The notes beneath the pieces were generated by a model. That model was not told the origin of the DNA and ran no database searches. It worked only from the letters and a program-made list of their open reading frames with translations. A stretch of DNA of 44,948 bases from Candidatus Thorarchaeota archaeon (GTDB taxonomy: Archaea > Asgardarchaeota > Thorarchaeia > Thorarchaeales > Thorarchaeaceae). Location: the NCBI GenBank assembly GCA_004524435.1, contig SDNO01000002.1, forward strand, positions 1 through 44,948, in the 5' to 3' direction. The position numbers and the translations under genes were made by a program. Positions 1 to 9,161 of this stretch are shown here, piece by piece (positions within the stretch are counted from its first letter, which is position 1; the number at the start of each line of letters is the position of its first letter).

Positions 1-33
1 ACCGAGCTCATCCTTAGCAAGCGTCTTGACAAC

Positions 34-492
34 TTGAGTGATGAACCATCTGGAGGGTTAGATTCGGCTCGATTCACCGTATCCAAGGACTCGACTAAGG
101 AGGCACAGATGACCGTGAGAAGGGGTCTCGGCAAAAACTTCGATGATCATGTCGGAGAACTGCTGAAGAAGTACCCCCAGATTCCGCTTCAACTGATAAT
201 CCGAAAGAACAACGGAGAAGTCATCGGTGGTTTCTGTGGCTATTCAATCCTTGGTACCATGACCATAGATGACCTATGGGTACATGCGAGGTATCGTGGT
301 CAAGGCTATGGGACTGACCTGCTGGAGCATGCCGAAGCCATAGCAAGAGAGAGAAAATGCATGGCGGTTCAGACTGCTTGCTTCTCCTTTCAGAACCTTG
401 CTTTTCTGAGGGGAAGAGGTTTCGAACCGTTCGGAGTATCTGATGTCTATCCAAAGAGCGTCAAGGAGTACTATCTGATCAAAAGGCTATGA
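34..492 (+). CDS. GNAT family N-acetyltransferase
   Basis: Acetyl-CoA motif A 'LWVHARYRGQGYGTDLL'; C-terminal 'FLRGRGF'. Confidence 0.85.
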   Translation: MSDEPSGGLDSARFTVSKDSTKEAQMTVRRGLGKNFDDHVGELLKKYPQIPLQLIIRKNNGEVIGGFCGYSILGTMTIDDLWVHARYRGQGYGTDLLEHAEAIARERKCMAVQTACFSFQNLAFLRGRGFEPFGVSDVYPKSVKEYYLIKRL

Positions 493-811
493 GTAGTAGC
501 CGTTCATTGTATGTTGGACAAACTTGGACACCAGAGAGTTGTCCTCCCAGGTAACGGCACTGGGTGGTCTCTGTCATGGTCAGCGATAGTGTGTCAGTGA
601 CCAGCTCTCAGTCATGGGCTGGAGGATATAAACTCCTGCGCTGAAATGTCCACGTTTTCGGTAGCTGCTGATATACCCCAAGACCTGTCTTTCATCTGGA
701 TTTGGCCCATCTACTACACATGCCACATTTTTGCTATGACTATGATACGAAAGGCTAATCTCAGAGCTATACGATAGGAGCTGTTTGGATTGATCGGGAG
801 ATAGACAGAAG

Positions 812-2308
812 ATGAAGCCCATAGGGAGCATTACTCTCTTCTATAGATTCTTAGATGCTGAAGATCGGGCTATTATGGATGCTATAATGGAAAAGGCAAC
901 TGGCTATGTTGATTTTATCCATATGTTGGGACAGCATCTCTTGAAAACCGAAGCCTCTCCGAAACTCGTACATGTATGTGTCAGACTTGCACGAACAATA
1001 GAATCCTATGGTCTAATGGAACGACTAGGAGAGAGATATCCTGAGAACGATCTTATACGCCCACACTACGTCTGGGCAAGAGTTCGTACTGGCACGGCAG
1101 AAGTATCTGCACTAGAAGAAGCGACCAGAGTTGCAATAGAGGCACATCACGACGACTGGATTGCTTTCTCATTCCACTTCCTAAGATTGTCGACCGACCT
1201 CCCAGCAAGCACCAAGGCTCACCTAGATAATCTATCAGCGATGGACCGAATAGTGAAAGATAATCCTGAGCTCTCATTTCTGGGGTCATATGTTCCCTAT
1301 CTCATATCCATGGACAAAGAGAGAGAAGGGTTCATAGATGAAGCGATAGATCTGAGAAAGAAATCGGTTGCCATTGCAGTGGAATTCGATGACTACATCC
1401 TTGCCATTCCCATTCTGAGAGAACTAGCCCCTTTGATGATGAAGAAATACCCTTCAGAAGCTATGAGGATCATTAAGAATTTGGAGGATTACTATCCGCA
1501 TCTAGGTACTCCCGCCTCAGAATCCTCATACTATCAATCAATCAGAGGCTATCTGCATCTAATTCGTGGCGAGTTTGATACTTCGGTTGAAGCCTTCGAA
1601 CGAGCGATAGACATAGTGGAGAAACAACATCCCTTTTCGACGCTGAGAAATGTTCCACATAGGTTGGCATTGACCTATCTTGATATGGGAAGAATGGAGA
1701 GCGCTGCGGAATGGGCGAACTTTGCTTTAGCCTCCAAATCAACTTCAACTGCGTATCCGTTCCTCATGCCTCTTGCCCATCTGATACTGAGCTGTGCACT
1801 GTGTGAGACGGGAGATGTAGACGAAGCAGAGGAACAGCTCTCTCTGGGCCATGAATCATCACTAAAGATTGGGAATGAGTCAATCCTTATCTACAGCTAT
1901 TATGCAAGTGGTCTGATTGACATCGCTCAAAACGATATTCTCTCAGGAATGGCAAGTCTGGAACGGGCTCTAGAGATTGCCGAGCGTCTGATCATCCGAG
2001 ACCGAATTCATTCGATTCTCCTGAAACTTGTCGAGTGTGAAATCGCTCTTTCTGACGCGGACGTATCTGAACAGACCTCAGGTCGGTGGATGGACCGTCT
2101 GGAGTCTGTACTCCTGAAAGATGATTTTCCTGGGATTCGTGGTCTGTCATCGCTTCTGAAAGCTCGGTTTCGTATCAAACAAGGGCGAATTAAAGAGGCA
2201 TATGAAATCTTGAAGGAAACAAGGACCTTGGCCAGTAATCCTGGTCTACAGTATCTGAATGAGAAAACCGATGAGGTACAATCGAAGGTAGAACACACAT
2301 CTGGATGA
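812..2308 (+). CDS. TPR-repeat helical protein
   Basis: 498 aa; repeated TPR-like helices (RGYLHLIRGEFDTSVEAFERAIDI; LALTYLDMGRMESAAEWA; LCETGDVDEAEEQL). Confidence 0.75.
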   Translation: MKPIGSITLFYRFLDAEDRAIMDAIMEKATGYVDFIHMLGQHLLKTEASPKLVHVCVRLARTIESYGLMERLGERYPENDLIRPHYVWARVRTGTAEVSALEEATRVAIEAHHDDWIAFSFHFLRLSTDLPASTKAHLDNLSAMDRIVKDNPELSFLGSYVPYLISMDKEREGFIDEAIDLRKKSVAIAVEFDDYILAIPILRELAPLMMKKYPSEAMRIIKNLEDYYPHLGTPASESSYYQSIRGYLHLIRGEFDTSVEAFERAIDIVEKQHPFSTLRNVPHRLALTYLDMGRMESAAEWANFALASKSTSTAYPFLMPLAHLILSCALCETGDVDEAEEQLSLGHESSLKIGNESILIYSYYASGLIDIAQNDILSGMASLERALEIAERLIIRDRIHSILLKLVECEIALSDADVSEQTSGRWMDRLESVLLKDDFPGIRGLSSLLKARFRIKQGRIKEAYEILKETRTLASNPGLQYLNEKTDEVQSKVEHTSG

Positions 2309-2405
2309 TGAGAGCTAAGAATCTAAACCAAGACACGGCCTACTGCTATCTCGAAAGCTTGATAAGCACACCCAGAGGTCGGGAGCCGAGTCAGGTGATG
2401 GTCAG

Positions 2406-2852
2406 ATGAAATATGACATAATTGCGGAGCCAGTTGTAAGATCCCCCGGTGAAGGAAAACCAAGAAGGGGACGCGGCTTCAGTCGCAAGGAGATCGAAGA
2501 GGCAGACATCACAGTGAATGAGGCGAGGGATATGGGGCTCATAGTGGATCTGAGACGAAGAACTGCCTACCCTGAGAATGTCGAGGCGCTGAAGGAGTAC
2601 GAAGAAGATCTCAAGACCGTCGCTGATGAACTCGTCGAGGCGATGACTCCATCCGAGGACGTCGAAGAGGCAATCAAGGAACTCTCATCACTATCCTCAG
2701 TCAAGAAGTCCGAGGCGATGGCTCTCGTTGAGGCCGATGTCAAGAGTCTTGAGGACCTGGCATATTGTGACATAGAGAAAGTGTCGAACAAGACTGATAT
2801 CGATCCAGACCGACTGACCAAGATGGTCGAGGCTGCCCTGAAGAAGATATAG
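2406..2852 (+). CDS. rpl13e: 50S ribosomal protein L13e with acidic C-terminal HhH-like extension
   Basis: 'PVVRSP...RRGRGFSRKEI...GLIVDLRRRTAYPENVEALK' is the L13e signature. Confidence 0.9.
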   Translation: MKYDIIAEPVVRSPGEGKPRRGRGFSRKEIEEADITVNEARDMGLIVDLRRRTAYPENVEALKEYEEDLKTVADELVEAMTPSEDVEEAIKELSSLSSVKKSEAMALVEADVKSLEDLAYCDIEKVSNKTDIDPDRLTKMVEAALKKI

Positions 2853-2876
2853 AGAGAACAGAGCGAGGCTCGAAAG

Positions 2877-3983
2877 ATGCAGGAGCTGGAGTATGGTCGG
2901 CTCGTGCAAGTCCTACGAGAAGGCCGCGAAACAAAGACACCCGTCTTGCTACCTGACTTCTTTCTCGATCACTTTGTTATAGCAGAGGACTTCGCCAGTT
3001 TTGACGCCCAACTGGAACGACTTGCCAACCGGGGTGGTGGCAATCTCACCGGCACCTCTCAGTTCATCCGTCGAGGGGGAAATTCAGTCAACACTGCATC
3101 TGCGTTGCTCTCCCTTGGGGCGCACCCTGTCCTGATTGTGAAAACCGACCCACAGGGGTCCCGCCTCCTTCGTGAGATGACCCCACCTGAGTTGGACCTC
3201 TCCCACGTTAATACAAACGGCACCCTCTCGTCCACTGTTTCTCTTGAGTTAGACCACAGGGGTCGGCGAGTCAACCTGATGGTTAGTGACAGTGGATCTG
3301 CTGCGGACTATGCCTTCTCAGACCTTCAGGATGCAGACAAGGAGGCGATGCGCTATTCGGGACTCGTTGGACTGCTCTGTCTTAATCACAATCTTGAGGC
3401 TCCAATTTTAGCATACGATGTCTTTTCTTTCGTACGAAACGAGTCAGACGCAATGACATTCATGGACATGGGTGATCCGTCCAGTAATCCTGGCATTGTC
3501 AAGCCGCTTGCAACGGATGTGCTTGCCAACGGCCTGGTTGACATACTCGGCGCAAATGAGAATGAGATCTGCTGGCTTGCCTCTGTTCTCTCTGATGACA
3601 AGAAGTGGATGAATGCCGTCAATGAGCCTGACGACTGGCTTGATGCCGCGAAGTTGGTTTCGCAGATGACGGGTGCTCGTATTGACATGCACACCCCCTA
3701 CTTCGCTGCAACAGTGGAAGATGACTCTACCACAGGAATCCCTGTTTTCGATGTCGAGAACCGAGTGATATGTGGAGCAGGGGATGCCTGGAATGCTGGT
3801 GATATCTACGGCACACTTCTGAATCTAGAATCTTCTCTGCGACTTGTACTTGCGAATGCAGTGGCCGCTCTGTACGTGTCCTCTTCAGACGCTTCTCATC
3901 CGTTTCCCCGCGACTTGATCGATTTTCTAGAGTCGAATCCGCCCGTTTCGGAACATGGTAATAAGTTACTTATGCGCTCTTGA
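2877..3983 (+). CDS. PfkB/ribokinase family carbohydrate kinase
   Basis: 'GGNSVNTA' PfkB motif 1, 'NENE', and 'CGAGDAWNAG' PfkB motif 2. Confidence 0.85.
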   Translation: MQELEYGRLVQVLREGRETKTPVLLPDFFLDHFVIAEDFASFDAQLERLANRGGGNLTGTSQFIRRGGNSVNTASALLSLGAHPVLIVKTDPQGSRLLREMTPPELDLSHVNTNGTLSSTVSLELDHRGRRVNLMVSDSGSAADYAFSDLQDADKEAMRYSGLVGLLCLNHNLEAPILAYDVFSFVRNESDAMTFMDMGDPSSNPGIVKPLATDVLANGLVDILGANENEICWLASVLSDDKKWMNAVNEPDDWLDAAKLVSQMTGARIDMHTPYFAATVEDDSTTGIPVFDVENRVICGAGDAWNAGDIYGTLLNLESSLRLVLANAVAALYVSSSDASHPFPRDLIDFLESNPPVSEHGNKLLMRS

Positions 3984-4029
3984 GCAGGTATGATGAGCCT
4001 CTCAGAGCATACTGGATGGTATTTGCGCG

Positions 4030-4956
4030 TTGAACCTAGAGAGAGTACTGACAAAACTGAAGTTTGATGAATCAGTCAGTGGTTACGCTCTCTTGACCAA
4101 CGATGGCTCTCCATTCCTGTCATTTGCACTCCCCGAGCATTCCCTCCCTCTGATTCAAGGGACAATGAAGATACATGCCTCCTCACTGAAGATGATGAAT
4201 ATCATGACCGGTGATGGGGTTGTGATTCTTGCGCGCGTGAACCCCGAATGGGTGTTAGCCGTGAACTTCTCAGAGTTACAGCTCGGGATTGCGCTGAAGC
4301 GAACGCAGGATGTTGTGGAGCTGCTGAAAGAAGTAGATCTCCCTGCTCCTCCTACTCCTGATGAGGAACCAGAAGAGGAGATGGAGCCCGAACCAGACGT
4401 TCCTGAAGCAGAGATAGAACCGGCAGAGACTTCCGAACCAACGGAGGAAATCATTGAGGAGATTCCACTTGATGAGGTTGAGATACGTCACGGATGCCTC
4501 ATATTGCGTGGCCCTCTGTATAATGATGCAGCAAGCATTGACTCGGAGCTGAGCCGTACTCTCAAAGAGAAGTACTCGGGTCTTGGAACAGACATTCTGC
4601 TAATGGTAGACGAGAAGCGAACCACCCTCAAGATTGCTGAGATTCTTGGCAAGACGGTAGATAACGTCATTCAAGTGCTATGTTGGTGCGTTTCGAAGCG
4701 CATCTTAGATGCAGAGTGTCCTGAAGAACAGGAGTCAGGCATTCGTGAGATAGTCGAGGTTCCGCTTTTCGAGGGCTCTCTCGAAAAGGCCAAGAAGGAG
4801 CATCGGCAGGTCTTGGAGCTGTGCAATGGCATCAACACACTGCATGAGATTGCAGCGAGGTTAGGCGTCCAGTATTTCGAGGCTCTACAGAGCACTCTGC
4901 CCTACAAGGGTAAGACTCTACGATATGTAAAACGAGATAAATCCACCAAAGGATAG
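4030..4956 (+). CDS. Roadblock/LC7-like domain + acidic Pro/Glu linker + tandem winged-helix protein (paralog A1)
   Basis: N-terminal ~105 aa with roadblock pattern ending 'LQLGIAL'; PEEE-rich linker; 'VLELCNGINTLHEIAARLG'; clear paralog of 6974..7969. Confidence 0.6.
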   Translation: MNLERVLTKLKFDESVSGYALLTNDGSPFLSFALPEHSLPLIQGTMKIHASSLKMMNIMTGDGVVILARVNPEWVLAVNFSELQLGIALKRTQDVVELLKEVDLPAPPTPDEEPEEEMEPEPDVPEAEIEPAETSEPTEEIIEEIPLDEVEIRHGCLILRGPLYNDAASIDSELSRTLKEKYSGLGTDILLMVDEKRTTLKIAEILGKTVDNVIQVLCWCVSKRILDAECPEEQESGIREIVEVPLFEGSLEKAKKEHRQVLELCNGINTLHEIAARLGVQYFEALQSTLPYKGKTLRYVKRDKSTKG

Positions 4957-4963
4957 TGAAATT

Positions 4964-5470
4964 ATGGGTATTAAGGGAAAACTGGCTTGGGCCCTCAAGA
5001 TTGACAAGGTCTCAAAACCACTCTTTCAGGCAATCTATCGTGAGATGATGAACTTCCTCATCCAGACTAGTGATACAGTCGATGAGGTCAATCGAAAACT
5101 AAAGGACCTAGGCTTCAAGGTGGGAGAGCATTTGCTCATGGACTACGCCGAACGAATTCGCGAACACGCAGCAGAGTTCCATGAGTTCGGTTCCACATTG
5201 CAACTCGCATACAAGGTCAACTCGGGACAAGACTTCACAAGTGCTTGGGTCAGTGATGACAGGAGGACAATCAAGTTCTCCGATGATAACTGTCCAATAT
5301 GTGAGGGAGTCGAAATCACAGATATGCCTGGTCTGCAGTACTGTAATCTCATCAGTGGCGTCTTCCAAGCAGTCCTCGATCTTCGTGGTTTTCAGGGTGA
5401 GGCCTACCAGGAGTCTTGCAAGGCTCTGGGTGACTCCACCTGCACGTGGACCATTCATAAGATAGATTGA
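4964..5470 (+). CDS. Bet3/TRAPP-like V4R domain protein (B1)
   Basis: 'LFQAIYREMM...VNRKLKDLGFKVGEHLLMDY' Bet3-like N-terminus; V4R Cys pattern 'YCNLISG...ESCKALGDSTCTW'. Confidence 0.8.
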   Translation: MGIKGKLAWALKIDKVSKPLFQAIYREMMNFLIQTSDTVDEVNRKLKDLGFKVGEHLLMDYAERIREHAAEFHEFGSTLQLAYKVNSGQDFTSAWVSDDRRTIKFSDDNCPICEGVEITDMPGLQYCNLISGVFQAVLDLRGFQGEAYQESCKALGDSTCTWTIHKID

Positions 5471-5547
5471 GCTCCCCCTCAGAATGGCGTATGTATAAAA
5501 GATGAAGATGGGTGTCGAGTCAGTAGAGAATAATCGGAGGCTATTCG

Positions 5548-6048
5548 TTGGGTCAAGGCATAGGCACTATTGTTGGTCTTGTGACTACTTTCGCAGTTGT
5601 CTTCATCATCCTCTCCTTTGGAATATTCATCCCTGAAGATGTGATTGACCCGTCGATAGTTGCGGATTTCATGAATCGCCCCGATCTTGAGCTTAAACTC
5701 GCTGTTGTCGGGACAATCCTTTATCCTCCCCACCTAGGAGTGCAATTATCATTTGGGGCTCAGGGCGGGACAGTACTCATGGCTCTCGCGTGGGGTGTTG
5801 GTGGGCTGCTAGCCGGCCTTCTTTCACGCGATATTGTAGGCGGAATCTTTGCAGCCGTCTTTGCGGTGGTCATCGGTGCCTTTCTGACCTGGCTTCTCGT
5901 ATTCTTCATTGGCACTGCAGATATCTCGCAGATTTTGGGTGCCCCTTCCCTATTACTACTACAGTTTGTCTTGGAGGGCATGCTTTATCCCTCCATAGCT
6001 GCAATAATTGGTGGCCTGCTTGGCGGTGCTATCACAAGAAAACGCTAG
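5548..6048 (+). CDS. Gly-rich multi-pass membrane protein (C1)
   Basis: About 4 hydrophobic segments with GxxxG motifs; basic C-terminus. Confidence 0.75.
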   Translation: MGQGIGTIVGLVTTFAVVFIILSFGIFIPEDVIDPSIVADFMNRPDLELKLAVVGTILYPPHLGVQLSFGAQGGTVLMALAWGVGGLLAGLLSRDIVGGIFAAVFAVVIGAFLTWLLVFFIGTADISQILGAPSLLLLQFVLEGMLYPSIAAIIGGLLGGAITRKR

Positions 6049-6055
6049 AACTGGT

Positions 6056-6622
6056 CTAGCTCTGAGTTTTCTGCTCCAAGACTCTGCCGCACTCTGAGCA
6101 TAGAATAGGATTTGATTTGAATACTGCTCCACATTGGCATCGGGTTTCTATTCTCTCTGGTGCCTCCGGAGGCTCTTTCGCGCGGATTCTGTTGACTATG
6201 AGTGTGGCCGGAATCGAGGACACGAGAGATAACTGAGAGGTAAGCAGGGCTACGATGAAAGAGACCAGAATCACCACATTCCTGTCAGTCTGATACCAGA
6301 AACTGGGATTGAGGAGAAGTGTAGATGCGAGGTGTACCGTTCCGATGACCAAGCCGACCCATACGGCGGTCCTTACATTGGTCCACGTCCCATCCGAAAA
6401 CAGCCCAGACAAGAATCCAATGAGCAGCCAGGCCAATAGGTGCTGCAGAAAGTCTATACCCCAACTCAGAGTGGAGAAGGTGTTCAAGAGGACGGAGGAT
6501 GCCGCCAAGAAAATGGCAAAGGTCCCATAGGGCACAGGGTACTCCGGGATGTCTAGCCCCAGGGCATAGAGCACGAGCGAGCCGACAACAAAACTGAGAA
6601 TCGCCCCGATGAGGTTTTTCAT
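6056..6622 (-). CDS. Multi-pass membrane protein with C-terminal zinc ribbon (C2)
   Basis: Hydrophobic segments followed by 'RCQCG...CSECGR'. Confidence 0.75.
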   Translation of the reverse strand: MKNLIGAILSFVVGSLVLYALGLDIPEYPVPYGTFAIFLAASSVLLNTFSTLSWGIDFLQHLLAWLLIGFLSGLFSDGTWTNVRTAVWVGLVIGTVHLASTLLLNPSFWYQTDRNVVILVSFIVALLTSQLSLVSSIPATLIVNRIRAKEPPEAPERIETRCQCGAVFKSNPILCSECGRVLEQKTQS

Positions 6623-6973
6623 GATTTTTGCACCACGAGAACACTAGCTTCCAGTCATCGATGGTCCAAAATAAAGATAGGTGTTCTGATGCGCTGCTGG
6701 CAGCGGTCCAGCGATATGTAGATCTTTGCAGAAGTGCAGGACTCGGCTGGAGGGATCAGATTCTGTACGAGAATACTTCTTAACACCTCCCTCATTATTG
6801 AATGACGTGGACGTCCTTCGAATCGGAACCCACGCATTGGGAGATGATTTCATCACGTTCAGCCGCTCCGTCTGAGAACTTGGTTTATCGAATACCACAA
6901 CGCTTTTCAGACTACTGCGGACTTCCTGATACTTGAAGGACTAGTTTCCTCAGCGAATGCGAGGTGTAGCAGA

Positions 6974-7969
6974 TTGGCCAGTGACTTAGAAAGAGCTCTG
7001 TCGAAACTACGTTTCGACGATCAGGTTCTTGGATACTCCTTGATGACCAAAGGAGGTCGTCCATTTGTCAGTTTCTCATTTCCTGATGAGCTGTTTCCCC
7101 GCGTCAAGGACAGCATCAATCTCTACAAGTCTGATTTGAGGCTCATGACCATTGATACGGAGCAGGGCCTTGTTGTCTTGGCTCCGGTTGATGATAATTG
7201 GATTCTGACTGTTCTATATGTGCCAGAACTCCAACTCGGTCTCGCAATCGCAAAGACCAAGAACGTCCTTCGTCTTCTAGAGGGAATCGAGCTCCCGCCT
7301 CCACCTGAGGATTTCGAGGAATCAGCAGAAGGGAACCTAGAGGTTCTGGAGAGCATCGCCATTCAGGCAGCATCCACGGAGGCTGTTGCACCCTCCCCTA
7401 CTTCTACTGAGCCCACGCCGCCTCCGGTTGAACAACCGGAACCAACAGTAGAGCTTGAACCGGAAGAGCTATCCCCCAGCGATTTCCAGCTTGGACCATC
7501 AACAGTACCCGGCCGGGGCGAGGCCTATGCAAAGGCTCTGTCCCTAGACTCTGAACTTTATCAGGAGATGAAGAAGTCCTACCGCAACTTCGGATTCGAT
7601 GTTCTGATGTTGGTGGACGGGAATACCTCCGTTTCCGACGTAGCGGACTCGATGTTTCAGCCCCTTGAGCGAGTGATAGAGCTGCTCAGATGGGCTGCGT
7701 CGAAAGACATTGTTACTGCTCCTTTGGCCGAACCGTCTGAGGTGTCTGGCGGAAAGACGGGCGGTTTTGGTCGGTTTGTGAAGGTGCCCCTATTCGAAGG
7801 CGATCTGTCCAAGGTACGTCCTGAGGACAAACCGATAATCGAGATCTGCGATGGTACAAAGACGCCAGAACAGATTGCGAAGTCCACGGGTCTGCCAGTT
7901 CCAAGAGTAATCCAAGTATTGGCGCAATACAGACGACACGGTCTGCAAATGATTGGCAAGACCATCTAG
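6974..7969 (+). CDS. Roadblock/LC7-like domain + Pro/Glu linker + tandem winged-helix protein (paralog A2)
   Basis: 'LERALSKLRFDDQVLGYSL...LQLGLAI' aligns with A1; 'VPLFEG...EICDGTKTPEQIAKSTG'. Confidence 0.6.
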   Translation: MASDLERALSKLRFDDQVLGYSLMTKGGRPFVSFSFPDELFPRVKDSINLYKSDLRLMTIDTEQGLVVLAPVDDNWILTVLYVPELQLGLAIAKTKNVLRLLEGIELPPPPEDFEESAEGNLEVLESIAIQAASTEAVAPSPTSTEPTPPPVEQPEPTVELEPEELSPSDFQLGPSTVPGRGEAYAKALSLDSELYQEMKKSYRNFGFDVLMLVDGNTSVSDVADSMFQPLERVIELLRWAASKDIVTAPLAEPSEVSGGKTGGFGRFVKVPLFEGDLSKVRPEDKPIIEICDGTKTPEQIAKSTGLPVPRVIQVLAQYRRHGLQMIGKTI

Positions 7970-8001
7970 ATATCCAGACTACCAGAAGAGGTCAGATCTC
8001 A

Positions 8002-8475
8002 ATGGCAAAGATAGAGAATCCGTTGTTTCTAAGCATCTATTCCAAAATGGTTGATGACATTCTCATGTCCACAGCGAATGTGGAGGAAGCAAATGAGAAG
8101 CTGCGAGAACTTGGCAGTGAGATGGCTCAGCAAATCTATCTTACAACTGAGATTGTTGACAAGACCAAAGAAACCATCACGACTCGGGAAGACGTTTCGA
8201 AGCTGATTGAAGTTCTCTTCAAAGTATTATTCGACAAGAAACCGTCTGATATAGACATGGAGTCTGCTAGAGGCTCAGTACGAGTCAGCGATGAATCTTG
8301 TATCTGGTGTCAAGAGGTCAATCTGGAGGGAATGCGAGGTTTCGGGTATTGTGAGGCCTTCAGTGGAATCCTTCAGTCCATTCTACAGTTCAAAGGTGTA
8401 GATGCAAAGGTCTTCGAGGAGTCCTGCAAGGCGACCGGAGCCGAGCAATGTACCTGGAATGTACGTCTTGTCTAG
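8002..8475 (+). CDS. Bet3/TRAPP-like V4R domain protein (B2)
   Basis: 'PLFLSIY...ANEKLRELG', 'CIWC', 'YCEAFSG', 'ESCKATGAEQCTW'; paralog of B1. Confidence 0.8.
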   Translation: MAKIENPLFLSIYSKMVDDILMSTANVEEANEKLRELGSEMAQQIYLTTEIVDKTKETITTREDVSKLIEVLFKVLFDKKPSDIDMESARGSVRVSDESCIWCQEVNLEGMRGFGYCEAFSGILQSILQFKGVDAKVFEESCKATGAEQCTWNVRLV

Positions 8476-8539
8476 CACATCATGACAAGAAACTTAACCA
8501 TCTACGCGATAGAAAGCCTACTGATTGGTGAGCCTCAGA

Positions 8540-9097
8540 ATGTCAAAGGAGCAAGATATCATAGAATGGTGGCAAGGTCGCCTCAAAGAGAGAGAGCTGA
8601 TGCGTGCTTTCTTCAGCAAGACTTGGACAAAAATCGGAAATCGCATCGAGGTAATGTTTCCAGACAAGACGAAGGACCTCTATTACAGTGCAGGTAGGCT
8701 TGCCGGTCTAGAGGCCCAGCGAGAGTATTTCAAGATAGGTAAGCAGACCCCACCAGGCGATTTCAAGGGCATCATCGAGTTCATCAAGATGGCACTAGAG
8801 ACCCTCATCGTCCCCTTTGGCGATATCAAGATTGCGAAGCTGTACAAACTCTTCCTGGATGAGGAGGCAATTATCGAGGTCAAAGACAACCCCTACGCGG
8901 CGGGTCTTGACAGTGATGAGCCCACCTGCTACTTCCTGAAGGGGTTCATAGAGGCAGTCCTAGAATACTTGACCGATTTCAATAGAATCGAGTATGAGAA
9001 ACTCGTGGTCACTGAAGAAACGTGCATGTCGATGGGAGCTGAAGCGTGCACTTTTCAGATCACGATGTCCTATCCCGCCCGTGGTGAGAGACCCTAG
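8540..9097 (+). CDS. V4R domain protein (B3)
   Basis: 'LYYSAGRLAG', 'PTCYFLKGFIEAV', 'TEETCMSMGAEACTF'; start placed at ATG 8540. Confidence 0.8.
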   Translation: MSKEQDIIEWWQGRLKERELMRAFFSKTWTKIGNRIEVMFPDKTKDLYYSAGRLAGLEAQREYFKIGKQTPPGDFKGIIEFIKMALETLIVPFGDIKIAKLYKLFLDEEAIIEVKDNPYAAGLDSDEPTCYFLKGFIEAVLEYLTDFNRIEYEKLVVTEETCMSMGAEACTFQITMSYPARGERP

Positions 9098-9161
9098 ACT
9101 TCTTGGAGTACAATAGTACATCCTTTCATCGAAACCAAGCTTTAACTACTAATCCACCCTA

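Noticed and set aside
580-831. 83-aa minus-strand ORF
   Set aside because: Overlaps the TPR gene start, no motifs; likely spurious.
6644-6898. 84-aa minus-strand ORF in the C2/A2 gap
   Set aside because: No recognisable motifs and unusual composition; more likely a divergent promoter region.
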